Assembly (NCBI RefSeq): GCF_003704095.1
Contig: NW_020844656.1
Span: 248,001-312,000 of the forward strand
Direction: 5' to 3'
DNA length: 64,000 bases
DNA from: Pocillopora damicornis
Lineage: Eukaryota
Under the pieces are notes generated by a model that had not been told where the DNA came from, did not search any database, and saw only the letters and a program-made list of their open reading frames with translations. The translations under genes were made by a program, and so were the position numbers. Below, piece after piece: positions 10,650 to 22,700 of the stretch (the first letter of the stretch is position 1; the number at the start of each line of letters is the position of its first letter).

Positions 10650-13050
10650 GAGCAGTGTGATTCCTGGGGCAAAAAGTGCTTTAAACATTGAGAATTGTTC
10701 ATGCCCCGTGGAGTACAAAGGACAGTTTTGTGAACAATGCGCCAATGGTTACACACGTGTCACACCAAAGGGAGGACCTTACGTGACATGTGTGCCGTGC
10801 GAGTGTAACGGACACTCAGACAAGTGTGACACTGAGACTGGAGTGTGTTTGGACTGTCAACACAACACCACAGGTATTAGCCATGAAAATAAAAGAAGCG
10901 AAAAATTTCTAGGAAGGAAGGAATGGGGTGAATAGGATAGGAGGAGTGCGCAAATATTGTTGAGGCGAGGGAGAATAGAGTCCTTAAACTTGGTTGTATG
11001 TCGGAGAAATAAGAACTTTGAGATACACAGTGTAAAACTCATGAGATTGAATTCCTATGCCCTGGTACGATTTATGCACGACCATTTTCCTTTAAGTCAT
11101 ATACTTATCTTGATTTAAAATGACCGAACATATAATTAGTTGCTTCTTTTAATTTGTGTCCTGTGTGAATTTTGTTATTTTTATCAGGTGAAGATTGTGA
11201 AAAGTGTTTAGATGGTTGGTATGGCAACGCCACTAATGCCACACTTACCGACTGCAGCCCGTGCCCATGCCCCAGCGGACCATTTGCCGTCAATCAATTC
11301 GCTAAGACCTGTGTACTTTCAAGTGACGGTCTACCAACCTGTGTGAACTGCACTGTGGGTCACGAGGGACGGTATTGTGAACGATGTGTGGACGGTTACT
11401 TTGGACGGCCAAAGGTAAGTGTGAGGCTCAGTGAGATGTGGAACTTCGATAAACGACATTCCTTCTGAGTGTCGTAAAACCAAAAACCAAAGTAATCAAA
11501 ATGATCCATCAGAATATAGGAAGATTCGCTTGAAACCAACGTGAACTGGAAGGGATTACATTCAATCAGAAGCACGAAGTGAGTGACTCAGAGTGACTCC
11601 GGCCAGTTGCTACTAGTTTCAGCTTTGTAGCCGTTTGGTTTAGAGAGTTGCACCAAGTTCACATGCCCATCACAAAACGCACTTAAGCAAAGCAAACCAA
11701 TGCAAAGGTCCTGGATGTTAATCCTAAGTTAGTAACATGTATGCAATAGATCCCTCTCTGATCGATTAACTGTGGCCCAGGTTCGATTTCCGGACCTGGT
11801 GTCACATGTGGGTTGAATTTGTAGTTGGTTTTCTTCCTTGCTCTGACGGTTTATCTCCGGGTCCGCCGGTTTTCCTCCCTTCACAAAAACCACCGTTTTA
11901 AATTCCAATTAGACCCTGAAACAGTGGATAAGAAGAGCTACGTCGTAAAACGTCCACTGCTAAATTCCATTTATTTTATTCATTTTATCTCTATCTCCGT
12001 CTGTTATGCCATTTTAGTCCTCAGCATTTTGGAAATTTCACCACATTTTGGTTAGATCAAGAAGAAACTCATCTTCATTTTTGATGTGTTCAGGGCGCCT
12101 TAATTTATTATTCGTACAATTACACTGTCCTTTTACAAAAAACTATACTTTTTATTCATTTATGCATTTTAACAGGAACAGGATAGTCAATGTCACAAGT
12201 GTAACTGTAACAACAACATAGATCCTGCAGCCACCGGTAATTGCAACACCACGACAGGCGAATGCCTTAAGTGTCTTTACAATACCACAGGGTCTAACTG
12301 TCAGTGGTGTGCACCAGGATACCATGGAAATGCATTGAACAAAACTTGTACTCGTAAGTATGTTTTTTTTGTAAAGACCTTCGCCGCATGTTGGTAAGGC
12401 GAGTTCCAACAGATCATTACATTGAAGCATTGATCAAAACGCAATCATATTTGGGAGATTGCAACGTTAAAGTGTAAATAAGCCTCTCTCCCTCCCACCT
12501 TAAGACCCCAGCCTGTCAGAGGTGTTTTGCTTTTTATGGAATGACGACACGCTTGACTTAACCAGCCAGATGTTTTAATGTTTGTAGCGGAACTAAGTAC
12601 AAAGGATCCAGGTTGAAAGGCCCATCAGAACAGACGCAAACTGTACAAGAGAAGAGAGAGCCATTGCCAATAGAAAGCAAACACCCCCACATCAGCACGA
12701 AAAACACTCCTGGGCGAGTCTTTTTTTGGGATCAGCTGACACTCCATCTGATCGGTGGAGAGGGTGGCATGAGACTTTTGTAACCAACCGCAGTTTTAAA
12801 CAAGGCACTGTGGCATTTTTGTTAACTCTCTAAAATCTCCATTTGGAATCGACTTTCAGGTTGCAACTGTTCGGCTGTTTTTTCACTGAATAATGAGTGT
12901 GACAACATGACTGGTTCGTGTTACTGCCATCCTTATGTGACAGGAAAGTTCTGTGACAGATGTGAACAGAACGCTTTTAATTATACCGCGTCTGGTTGTT
13001 TGCCTTGTAATTGTAACAATGATGGTTCAGTTGATCTCCAGTGTGACTCG
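10650..13050 (+). CDS. Laminin EGF-like (LE) exons after the IV-A domain, copy 2
   Basis: Exons 10650-10873, 11188-11414, 12176-12353 (CNCNNNIDPAATGNCNTTTGECLKCLYNTTG, gamma-chain-like) and 12860-13050; all open and phase-compatible. Confidence 0.85.
11770..11980 (+). mobile_element. tRNA-derived SINE with V-SINE-type central domain
   Basis: B box GGTTCGATTTCC, then GTGGGTTGAATTTG..TTTATCTCCGGGTCCGCCGGTTTTCCTCCC (V-domain-like) and an ATTT-repeat tail. Confidence 0.65.
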
Positions 13051-14635
13051 GTAGGCGATTTACAATCTCTTTTTGAATCGTTTTTTTGTAGATTTTCAAG
13101 TATCACAGTCGTACCTCGTGTATTGTTTCTTTAAAATGTTTGCCTAAACTTTCTAGGTCCAGATTGTTATTCCTTGTTAACCTTCTCTCTGATCGATCCT
13201 TCAAAAATGTCTCTTTTTACATCCAGGGTACCCCTGTTTATATAGTTTTCCACTAATTTAAGGCAAAATTCTACTTTAAAATATGACTTTTGTATTTCCT
13301 TTTTTCACATTAATTTAGATACATGGAAATTGCAGCTGTAAACCAAACGTGATTGGTAAAAAGTGTAACATTTGTACTGCGGGCTTATTTGATGTTCAGA
13401 AAGGTTGTTTGGGTAAGACTTCTTTTCTAACTAACTAATTCAACCGATTCAAATTCAGACAAGTCAGTAACTTGATGGTTTTTGTGTAAACTGTGCAACC
13501 GTAGCTTGACTTTTTACCTAGCTGTAATAGGGATTATTTTCAAGCTCAAAGGCTTTAAAGCATTTCAGGTCAAGGGAACAACCAAATTTCATAGGGATGC
13601 ATGGGGCTGAAACTGTATGTGAGAAGGATGCAATAGCTGAAACAGATTGCACACCCTCTTCCTGTTAAATGACGGTTTGAAGTTTTCTCATAGATATATA
13701 NNNNNNNNNNNNNNNNNNNNNNNNNNNNNNNNNNNNNNNNNNNNNNNNNNNNNNNNNNNNNNNNNNNNNNNNNNNNNNNNNNNNNNNNNNNNNNNNNNNN
13801 GATTAGTTGGTAAAAGGACTTCGTGTCGTCCAGTTCTGTCTGTAATCATACTCGTGATTAACAACTCGTGGTCCCGCTTCGCGGTTACCTGATTTTGTTT
13901 ATCACTGGTATAATTACAGACCGAATTGTAATAAGCATAATGTTACATCTATTATGGAGCGCTCCTCCTTCTTTAACGATCCTCGTCACTTCTCACTTTT
14001 CTCTTTACCTCTCCTCAACGAAGAAATAATTATTTTAAGGTCTCCTCCTATCTTGACCTGTCTGAAGGCAACAACACTGTGAGGTAGTTCTTTCATGGAA
14101 CGTGGCTTAGTGTTAAGGACATTTATGTGGGGAACATTTATATCCATCTCGGAAAGCATTTGTTATATATTTGGCAATATTTTCTTTCCTTATATCACAT
14201 GATTAGACATACGGGAACTGTAGCTGTAGACCGAAATTGATTGGTAAGAAGTGTGATGTGTGCAGTCCAGGCTTCTTCGATGCAAAGCAGGGTTGTTTAG
14301 GTACGATTTCTATAATAATTGATTTGTAAGAAATAAGAATTTCTCAAATGGCTATTGTAAGCTGAACAATTATGGTCAAGACGGATAAGAATTTTGTGAT
14401 AGCTGAAACGCACCCCACCCGGACACCACGTTTTCTCAGGCTACAGAAAAAGTGTGTAATCATGTACCTGATACTGCTACTAAGCGATCTCCATTTTATA
14501 GGGTCCGTAAATCAGTCTTCAAGAATCGAAACTAAAACTGCTTTAACCTTAGAATATTTCAGATATTCTGAAGGGAAACTTTTGAGAATAATACCTTTCC
14601 AGATGATCATAATTTGATTTGCAGCAGTACCAAAT

Positions 14636-14787
14636 AAAAATAATAATAATGGTAGTAATAATAATAATAATAATAACAATAATAATAATAATAAAGAGGA
14701 TGACGATAATAATGATGAAACGGCTAGTCATCACCGTGATCATGAGTAGCCGTTTCATTATTATTATCGTCATCCTCTTTATTATTA

Positions 14788-14853
<66 letters not shown>
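14636..14853. repeat. (TAA)n/(TTA)n microsatellite arranged as a long inverted repeat
   Basis: Left arm ..AAAGAGGATGACGATAATAATGATGAAACGGCTA is the near-perfect reverse complement of right arm TAGCCGTTTCATTATTATTATCGTCATCCTCTTT.. Confidence 0.9.
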
Positions 14854-14856
<3 letters not shown>

Positions 14857-16299
14857 GAGCAGTTATCAATTGGCATCGAAAGTCTCCTTCGCAGCCGTTG
14901 TTTGGTCTCGTCACGCAACGTAGTGGGGGAGAGAACGTTGCGTGACGAGACTAAAATAGAATAAGATTGCTTTGGTTTTGCTTTACGTTGTCCCCTGATT
15001 GGCTTAGAAAACTCGAGCCACAAAGCGGATCAATCCTTTTGATGTTTTCCCCACTCTGATTGGCCGATATGATTCCTTTGCCTATGGTTTTTCGACGCTC
15101 AGTCGAAAGGTGCTCTCTTTATCATAGCTATATTGTACTAAAGGTCACATCATTTTTTTATGTAGCGTGCAACTGTAGCACAGTTGGATCCAAAATTCCT
15201 GATCAGTGTGACAGAAATAGTGGACAATGTTCCTGCAAGCCTAATGTTATTGGTCGCACTTGTGATCAGTGTAGGCCAGACTATTTTAACTTCGCCTCCG
15301 GTCAGGGTTGCCAAGGTATACCAGTTTGTGATATGCAGTACGTGCAAATTTAAACTACCTACAATAGATGAAATGATTGAGATTTCATGCGGAGAACGTA
15401 AATTGGATATAGCAAAAACAAGAAATTTTTCTTAGGTTTTTTTTGTGCCTCCTTGGGAAAAAATCCGCAAAATGAAAAGGGGAGGCTAGAGTCATTTTGC
15501 ATTAATTTGGACTGGTTTTAACACAACTTCTTAAGGCTAGCTTTCATCTCTCCTTAAATTAGAACAGATAAGACCCAAATTTCTTCAAATCATAGAAAAG
15601 GCCTGAGCATCCAATTCTTCTTCAATTCTTTTCGTCTTTTTTTTTGTTTGTTTTTTGTTTTTGTTTTTGTTTTCACTTCTTTCAGCTTGTGCTTGTTTTT
15701 TACCTGGTGTCAACACCTCAGCGCACAGTGCCCTATGTGACAGAGATACTGGTCAATGTTTCTGTAACAGTGGTGTGCTAGGAAGGACCTGTGATATGTG
15801 CCGTAATCCTTCCATGAAATTAGGTTCCGCCAGTGAGGTTGGGTGTGTAGGTATGTTATTATGACTAAAAGGAAACACACGCTCCAGAAATCATATGTTC
15901 TTTATCTCCGCCATTACAAAGTGTGTACTGACAAAATTACGACACTGATTGCGTATTGCTATTCCAATGAGTTAACTAACTTTCGATAATTGTTTTCAAA
16001 TTAACTGAAAATTGGACTACAGATGCCATCATTGTAAAATGCGCCTAACAACTTAGCTGCTCACCAAAAAACGTAACAAATTCGTACTCCTCTTCTTTTT
16101 ATCTCCGTTTTGAATCTTACGCACAACTTTGACCGCTTACCCATGAAGCAAGAGAGTCACACCCCACCTTTTTTCGTCCCTTGGCAATGGCAAACTTTTC
16201 GAATAATGATTTAGAACTTTCTTAAAACGCAAAATGATTTTTATCGCGTGTTGTGGTTCGTTCTACTTAAAAGCCAAGGTGACCACTTACAAACCTTTT

Positions 16300-16910
16300 T
16301 TAAGTGCTCATCTTTCTCAAGTGTACACTTTCAGATTCGGTAAAGTGCGCACTTTCAGATTGGTAAAATTTTGCACCTTCAGACATTTTGAAGTGCTCAG
16401 TTTTAAGTTTGTAAAATTATGCACTTGAAGTGTTCTTTACGTGCATCATGATTCTTTTAGATTCGATGAAGTCCTCACTTTGATTTTGAAAGTGAGCACT
16501 GTAAGACTTGTTTGAATGAACACTTTTGATTTTAAAATGAACACTTTAAGACTTATTTAAGTGTTCATCTAACGACTTGCTCAAGTGTTCACTCTTGTAC
16601 TCGATAAAGCTACGCACCTTAAGACTCTTTCAAGAGCTCAGAAAGGTTATCAAGGTGTGCACTGGAAGAATCCATTAAGTGCCCTTCTTCAGACTCGATG
16701 AAGTGCTTGCAATAATACTGTTGAAGAGTGCTCCTCAAGTCTCTTTTTAAGTGTGCTCTTTTCGACTTAGATTCTTTAAAGGGCTCATTTAAAACTCTTA
16801 TACTTGCGAACTTTAGAACTCATTAAGTAAGCACTGATACGTTCTTTGAGATGGGGATCTTCGCGAGTCTTAGAGTGCAGATTTTAAGGCTTGGAAAAGA
16901 ATGCTCTCTA
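16300..16910. repeat. Degenerate ~24 bp tandem array (AAGTG(C/T)NCACTTT(C/T)AGA..)
   Basis: Repeated aagtgtacactttcagattcggta / aagtgcgcactttcagattggta / aagtgagcactgtaagacttg units. Confidence 0.7.
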
Positions 16911-17839
16911 AAACTTATGTAAAAAAAGCACTGGGAAAATTTTGACTGAAGCCTGAGACTTCTTCCGTCGGCCATTTTTTATTATGTTGCATATGTCCTC
17001 ATTCGGCTTCTATAATGTATTTTGTAATTGAAACTTCAAGTTTTTACTTTGTTTAGTGGTATTTTACTTTTCAGTTCTCAAGTACTCACTCGTGATGCTC
17101 GGTCGCACAACAGCAGTGAGGATGGGAATCTAACTCTGTGACTGAGGAAGAAAACTGATAACTATTTGTATTTATGAGGATAACAATAATATGTCATTTC
17201 AGTAGACACTTGTCGTAAACTTGTTACGAAGAGTCCTTCCAGCAGGTTTTGGCGAAGATGGCAACACGTTTATTTTGATAAAATGATGAAGACAGCCATC
17301 ATTACTTATCCTATCTTTTAACTATGGCATAATGACCGATTTTTCTTTTTTTTTTTGTATAATAATCACGTATAGGCATGTTTCAAAATGTTCTATGTAT
17401 ACAGATGCACTGCCTAAGAATCATTTATCATGAATTTATGAATAATTTGCTCTCGTATTATTCTTTTAGGATGATGCATTGACTTGACGCCTGAAAATAT
17501 TGACCAGAGTTCCTATTTCAGCGACTTGGGTGTCTCAAGGAATACCTCGTGTTCTTCAAATGGGCATTGTTTATGTTTATTAGGTCGTTGTGTTACGTAG
17601 CCAATTCCAAGATCTCTTTGGAAAAAAGGTCTTTTGAACCACGGCTTAAAACTTGTTATGTGCAAATGACTCAAATTAAGTTCCTGGTGTGTATGAGAAA
17701 TGACGCACAATTTAGGAATAAAGGACTGAAAGTGCATGGTGTTTTCCTGTTTTTTGTCGTTCTTGTTTTTGCTTTCACTTTCCTCCGCTAAGAGAGGAAA
17801 TACTATTTCAAGGGTTATTTACACAAAATTGACCCAGAA

Positions 17840-18415
17840 GGAGCTGGACTGGGGTGCACTGAGGTGGTTCTATTTAGTTGGGGTTGATAACGGTTAAGTG
17901 GGCCGTTTTGTAGTGGATTGGACAAGATTAGGTCAGAATCAAGGTTAATCAGAACGGGGGATTGGCGTAGATAGATTGGAATGGGTTGGATTGGATTAGG
18001 GTGGATTGGCTTACTCAGAGTGAATTGAGAAGGACTGAAGTGAATGAAAGCGATTGGAAAGATGTTATTACTTACCCAGGTGTATTAGGAGAATTGAAGG
18101 AAAGTATTGAAGTGGATTGGCATCGATCAGAGCGAATTAAAGTGGGCTGGAGGGATTTAAGTGAATAGCGGTAGCATATTTAATAAATAGCATTTATTTA
18201 TACCGCGCAAATTCAACTATGCAGTTTTCAAATGCGCCTTACAATTAAAGATCAAAAATTAAAATACCACATATAAAATATAACAATATATAGTCAAAAT
18301 TACACGAATGAATAATTATCCAGTCTATAAATTACAATACTATATCAAAAAAGGCCTTTTTTAAAAAGGTGAGTTGAAGTGAATTGGGATGGTGTAAATT
18401 GGATTGAAGTAGGTT
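17840..18415. repeat. Degenerate pentamer (GGATT/GAAGT/GAATT) simple repeat
   Basis: ggattggattag..gtggattgg..gaattgaagtgaat, interrupted by a LINE tail. Confidence 0.6.
18176..18375 (-). mobile_element. L2-type LINE 3' fragment
   Basis: Reverse strand encodes THLFKKAF, typical of the L2 ORF2 C-terminus, followed by TGTAAGGCGCATTTG..TTTGCGCGGTATAATAAA, an L2-like 3' stem-loop and tail. Confidence 0.65.
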
Positions 18416-19125
18416 ACACCATGCGGCTACGAAGATACCAAACCTGCATGGCACAGGTCAGGAAACTAGTTATTTCAGCACTTAAAGAGTGACAAAACAT
18501 GAATTTGTGGGTGAGATGAATATCACTTTACCTGTTAGAAATAACTTCGGCCATAAGCTTCCTTTGATAAGGCTGAAAAAGGTGATTTAAGGAACTACTC
18601 ATGATTAAGACTTTCCTGTCTTCGGAACTGATGAATAATATTGCTGGTGCGAGATGAAATTCGTATTGTTATCAACCGCTCACTTGATACAGCTGAATCT
18701 TTCAAAGAAACCACAACAAGGGTGAACATGTGGATTCGATACATCAAAGTAAATGAAGAGCAGGTTATAACATTACGAATGACTGAGCATTGTTTTCACT
18801 TATTAATCCTCTTGGCAGAAGACGAAGCATAAAGTTAGCACCTTTAGACCAATACACCAGTAAGTTACTTCTGGGTTCTAAGTTTCAAAATTTTTTAAGA
18901 TTCATATTATAAAAATCGAGCAGGTGGAGAAAATTATAGCCTGTTGGCTGGCTACGGCACTGGCTAATACTCGCTCTGCGGTAATGATTTAGCTTTCTCA
19001 TTGTTAGGTTAAACACTTTGAAGCAGTTACTTTGACTTGGTAAACGGAACTCCAATCTTAAGCGAGAATATTATGACCAGATAATTAACCTCGGTTATAC
19101 TGAATGTTGATACTTAACAAAACAG

Positions 19126-19280
19126 CAGGGCCCAATTGTATACTTAAAGGTCGGATAACGCTATCCAACTGATAAATCGCTATCCAGCGAAAAAGTGATA
19201 GCAAAACGCATAGCGTTAACCACCGTATAGAGTTTTATCCAGTGGATAGCGTTATCCAGCCTTTGAACAACCGGGGCCAG
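19126..19280. mobile_element. PIF/Harbinger-like MITE (GGCCC..GTTCAA termini, GGATAGCG/CGCTATCC internal repeats)
   Basis: Inverted ends gggcccaattg / aacaaccggggcc. A second copy lies at 54548-54698, and a relative with the same terminal repeats at 23190-23516. Confidence 0.65.
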
Positions 19281-19747
19281 ATGTTAAAATTAAGCATTTA
19301 GGTGAAGTTAACGATTAAAAAACGTATTAACTCGCCACGTTGCTTGCTCGTATGAAACTCTAATGACGAGAAAATTTTGCAAAACTTAAAAGAAAATTTC
19401 AAGCCTTTCTTTTATAATTCTTCAGTAACTAGTGGAGAGCCCCATGAGCTCCAGTTTCTAAGGGAGCACAAGTGCTCTCCGTTTGTTTTCGCTCCGTTGA
19501 GCATCGCTTTTGAACGCTTCAGCCTCATAAATTTTCCATTATTGACGACTTCTTGTCAGAGCTTTATATTAAAGTAACATTTCTTCAAGTTTTGGATTAC
19601 TTGTTGATTCGCTTATTGTACTAAGCCTTATTCCGGCATTCCACATTTCACCATTCCAGAATTATTATATTTACGATTATCCAAAAATCGCTAGGGACTG
19701 GTAAGTAAATCGGAATCGTGAATCACGGGAAGGAAATATCAGCCAAA

Positions 19748-22700
19748 ATGGCTGTGTTGCAGGAAGGTGTTGAACACCTTCTCGCCATAATTTCCTCGTT
19801 TTCAAAGTCGCACATAGCTCCTTTGTGCACTGCGATTGTTAAAAGGTAAGTTTTTAACTACTTATCTTACATTCATCTTGATAATAGCACTTATTGGGTT
19901 AGTCTCTCCGAGAAAAGATCAGGCAATTCTCTATGAAATCGAAATTGATACATGCATATGTAGTAGCTACATTCAGGTGATGATAACACATCTGTTGAGT
20001 TGTAATCAGTACACTGCTCTCGCGTTATAACTACAGGTTTTAAAATCTTGTATCTCCAGGTCTTCTCATATGAGCGATCGAGCCATCTTACTCCCTGCTA
20101 AATTTCCAATTATGTTGACTCGCAGGGAATGTCTCAAATTTAAAGTTATTTTTTATTATTTTTGACATACACATGTACGGTGAAAGCTTACTCTGCAAAT
20201 AAACGTTTGAGTCTGCATAACTTTCTAAGGACGTGCATGGAAACAAATTATTTTTATTGAGTTATCAGAAGCAGTATGGGGCAATTTATCGCATTGGTAG
20301 CAATTCCATAATACAGTCATAATTTAAATGCTTTACTTCTTTCAAGTCCTTTTCTGTGGACATCATCCTCTAGAGCTAAGCTTATACGATGTATGGCTGC
20401 TAGATTTTATATAGAGGATGTTAAGGAAACTCTATGTGAAAGGCCATTCTTTACCTTACACTTTAATGCTATAGGAAATCTTTTGTACACCCTCTTCATT
20501 GCCTGGAAATTTCTTTCTTTGATCATATTATTATTTTTAGTGAAAATATCATACTTGGAGACGATGATCGTGAAGGATTTTTTCATTCTTTTGTGGCACT
20601 GTCTGCTCATTACATTGGATTAAATGTTACACAGTGTAAGTATGACGAAAACGTTTCCTTCCATCTTATACACTATAGGTGGTAATTTTCTTCACGAAGT
20701 TGGTGTGAATTAGTTTTGCAGTGGAATTGTACTTGTACTTATAAGTAAGTCATCATCAAAGGGTTAGATATCGATAAGTATTACTCCAAGCACCTCTCAG
20801 TGTATGATCCTCTGTAGATAAAATTTGTTTACTCTCTGCCTCTTGAGAAGTGATTAACCTCAAGACCCCCTATACACAGAATGTCACTGAGCCTCATGTG
20901 ACACCAAGAATTTCACTTTCTAACATACTCATACATGTAGCAGATAAATTTCTTCCTTGTTGGCAGAAAATTGTATTTTTCAAGGAAAAGTTCAATGTCA
21001 GCAAGTTGAGCAGCTAAGCATCGATTTCTTAACACTTTCCTTTGAGAATTAATGCATGCACATCTACTTTTAGCTTTCTTTAATATTATAAACACCTGTG
21101 CAAGTACAAATGTATGCAAATGGAAAATGAAATAGAAGCAATCTATTTTTTCAATAGTCTTGATACATACATAAATAAAAGTAATTTAACCCTTATACTC
21201 CCATGAGTTACCAAGAGAGAATTTCTCCTTACAGTGTCAATGCAATATCAAGCAGACAAGTGATGGGGATAAAGAAAAATAACCATAAGGGGATTTTTAG
21301 TTGATCCAATACCAAATTCTCCAAACTAACATCATATGAATTGTATGGTAGATAGTAGAGAGAATTACTGATGAGATCTTGGGAGTGAAAGGTAAAAGGT
21401 TGAGGGTTCAAGCCGTGGTCTTAAAATAGGTTCTTAAAATAACTGATGAGAATGTGCTTCCTTTGTATTGACTTTTGCAAATGGTTAGACATTCTAGTCC
21501 TCTTGGATATTGCTGGAAAGAGGTAGGCCCCATTTCTTGCATCTTCTCTGTACTGGTTAGCAGGGAATACAAAAAGACCTACCCACTTATTGTAAAGAGA
21601 AGGGAATGTAGCTCCTGAGGTTGTGGTCAGGCCTTAATTCTGAAAATGGGGACATCTGCAAAATTTTTCTTCAAAAATTATAAACTGCTCGACGCAGTCT
21701 GGTTAAAGTCTCCCATAAACTATCGTAAAGTACCCTGAGCCAATGGACATGGCACTATAGAAATTCTTCATTACTTATTGTTATTCATTAGTATGTTTGT
21801 TTTGAATGCCACAGGTGGTGCCAACTTGCAAATAATCATCAAAGCATGTAAAGTACTCTTGAAATTTTCTCTTTTGGAATTGGAGAGAAAAAGGGAAACT
21901 AATCAACCCTTTGTGAAGGTGCAGTTGAAGTGAATTACAAACACTGTTTTTTAACTATTAAACATGCTTAGTAGATCAGATAAGAGTTCAAATGTGTGGT
22001 TTCCCCTCAGAGCAGCTATATCATGGAATATATATCATTTTGATATCATGTACAAACCCTTTGCTAGTAACATAATCAAAACTCTTTTTAACAATTTACC
22101 AAGGAAGAAAATAAACAGTGTTACATGATTGGCACTCAGTCTAAATAGATGTACATATATTTTTATCATTATTTAGAAACATTATTTAGTATCCATCATT
22201 GAAGGCCTTTGTAAAGGACATGGTTGTCTAAAGAGAACAGAAATTGTCACTCTGACAGCAATCTTGAAGTCAGCCAATGTGTTGAAGGATACTGGCAGTG
22301 CAACAGAAAAACAGAAGGATACGTCCCTTAGTCAGGGTGAAGACTTTTTTCAAAGGCTTCAAACAGCATTTACTGAGACAGGAGAAGGTCATTCAAGCCT
22401 CATCAAAGACAAGAACAGGTATTTTACTTTCCAACTATTGTAAAGGCGTAGATGAATCAATTTGATACATACATGTATATGTGGGATTTGGAAAGTAAAA
22501 TTGAATACAATTTATGGTGATTAGCATGTAAGGCATTACCATTTAAGTGACCATTTGTCATGAGTTTGTAACATAAATACTGAGAATGGGGTGTCAAAAA
22601 TCGCACTCAATTAGTACGTAATGCATTGGATATAACCTGATATTGACAGAGGTAGGTGCATGTATAGCTTTAAGATCTTACAGTGAGCAGAAGGTAGAGA

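Larger units (their letters stand above)
5072..15850 (+). pseudogene. Laminin-like chain, copy 2 (IV-B end, LE, IV-A, LE), disrupted
   Basis: Exons: 5072-5252, 5611-5760, 6305-~6330 (truncated), 6351-6698, 7240-7486, 9883-10061, 10650-10873, 11188-11414, 12176-12353, 12860-13050, 13319-13412, 14207-14300, 15166-15315, 15686-15850. Exon 6351-6698 is 348 nt versus 346 nt in copy 1, a +2 frameshift near 6431-6444 that leads to TAA. Downstream exons are open. Confidence 0.7.

Noticed and set aside
14549-15023. Poly-Ile/Asn/Tyr ORFs (also the poly-Asp/Ile ORFs at 1501 and 7254)
   Set aside because: They are translations of trinucleotide microsatellites.
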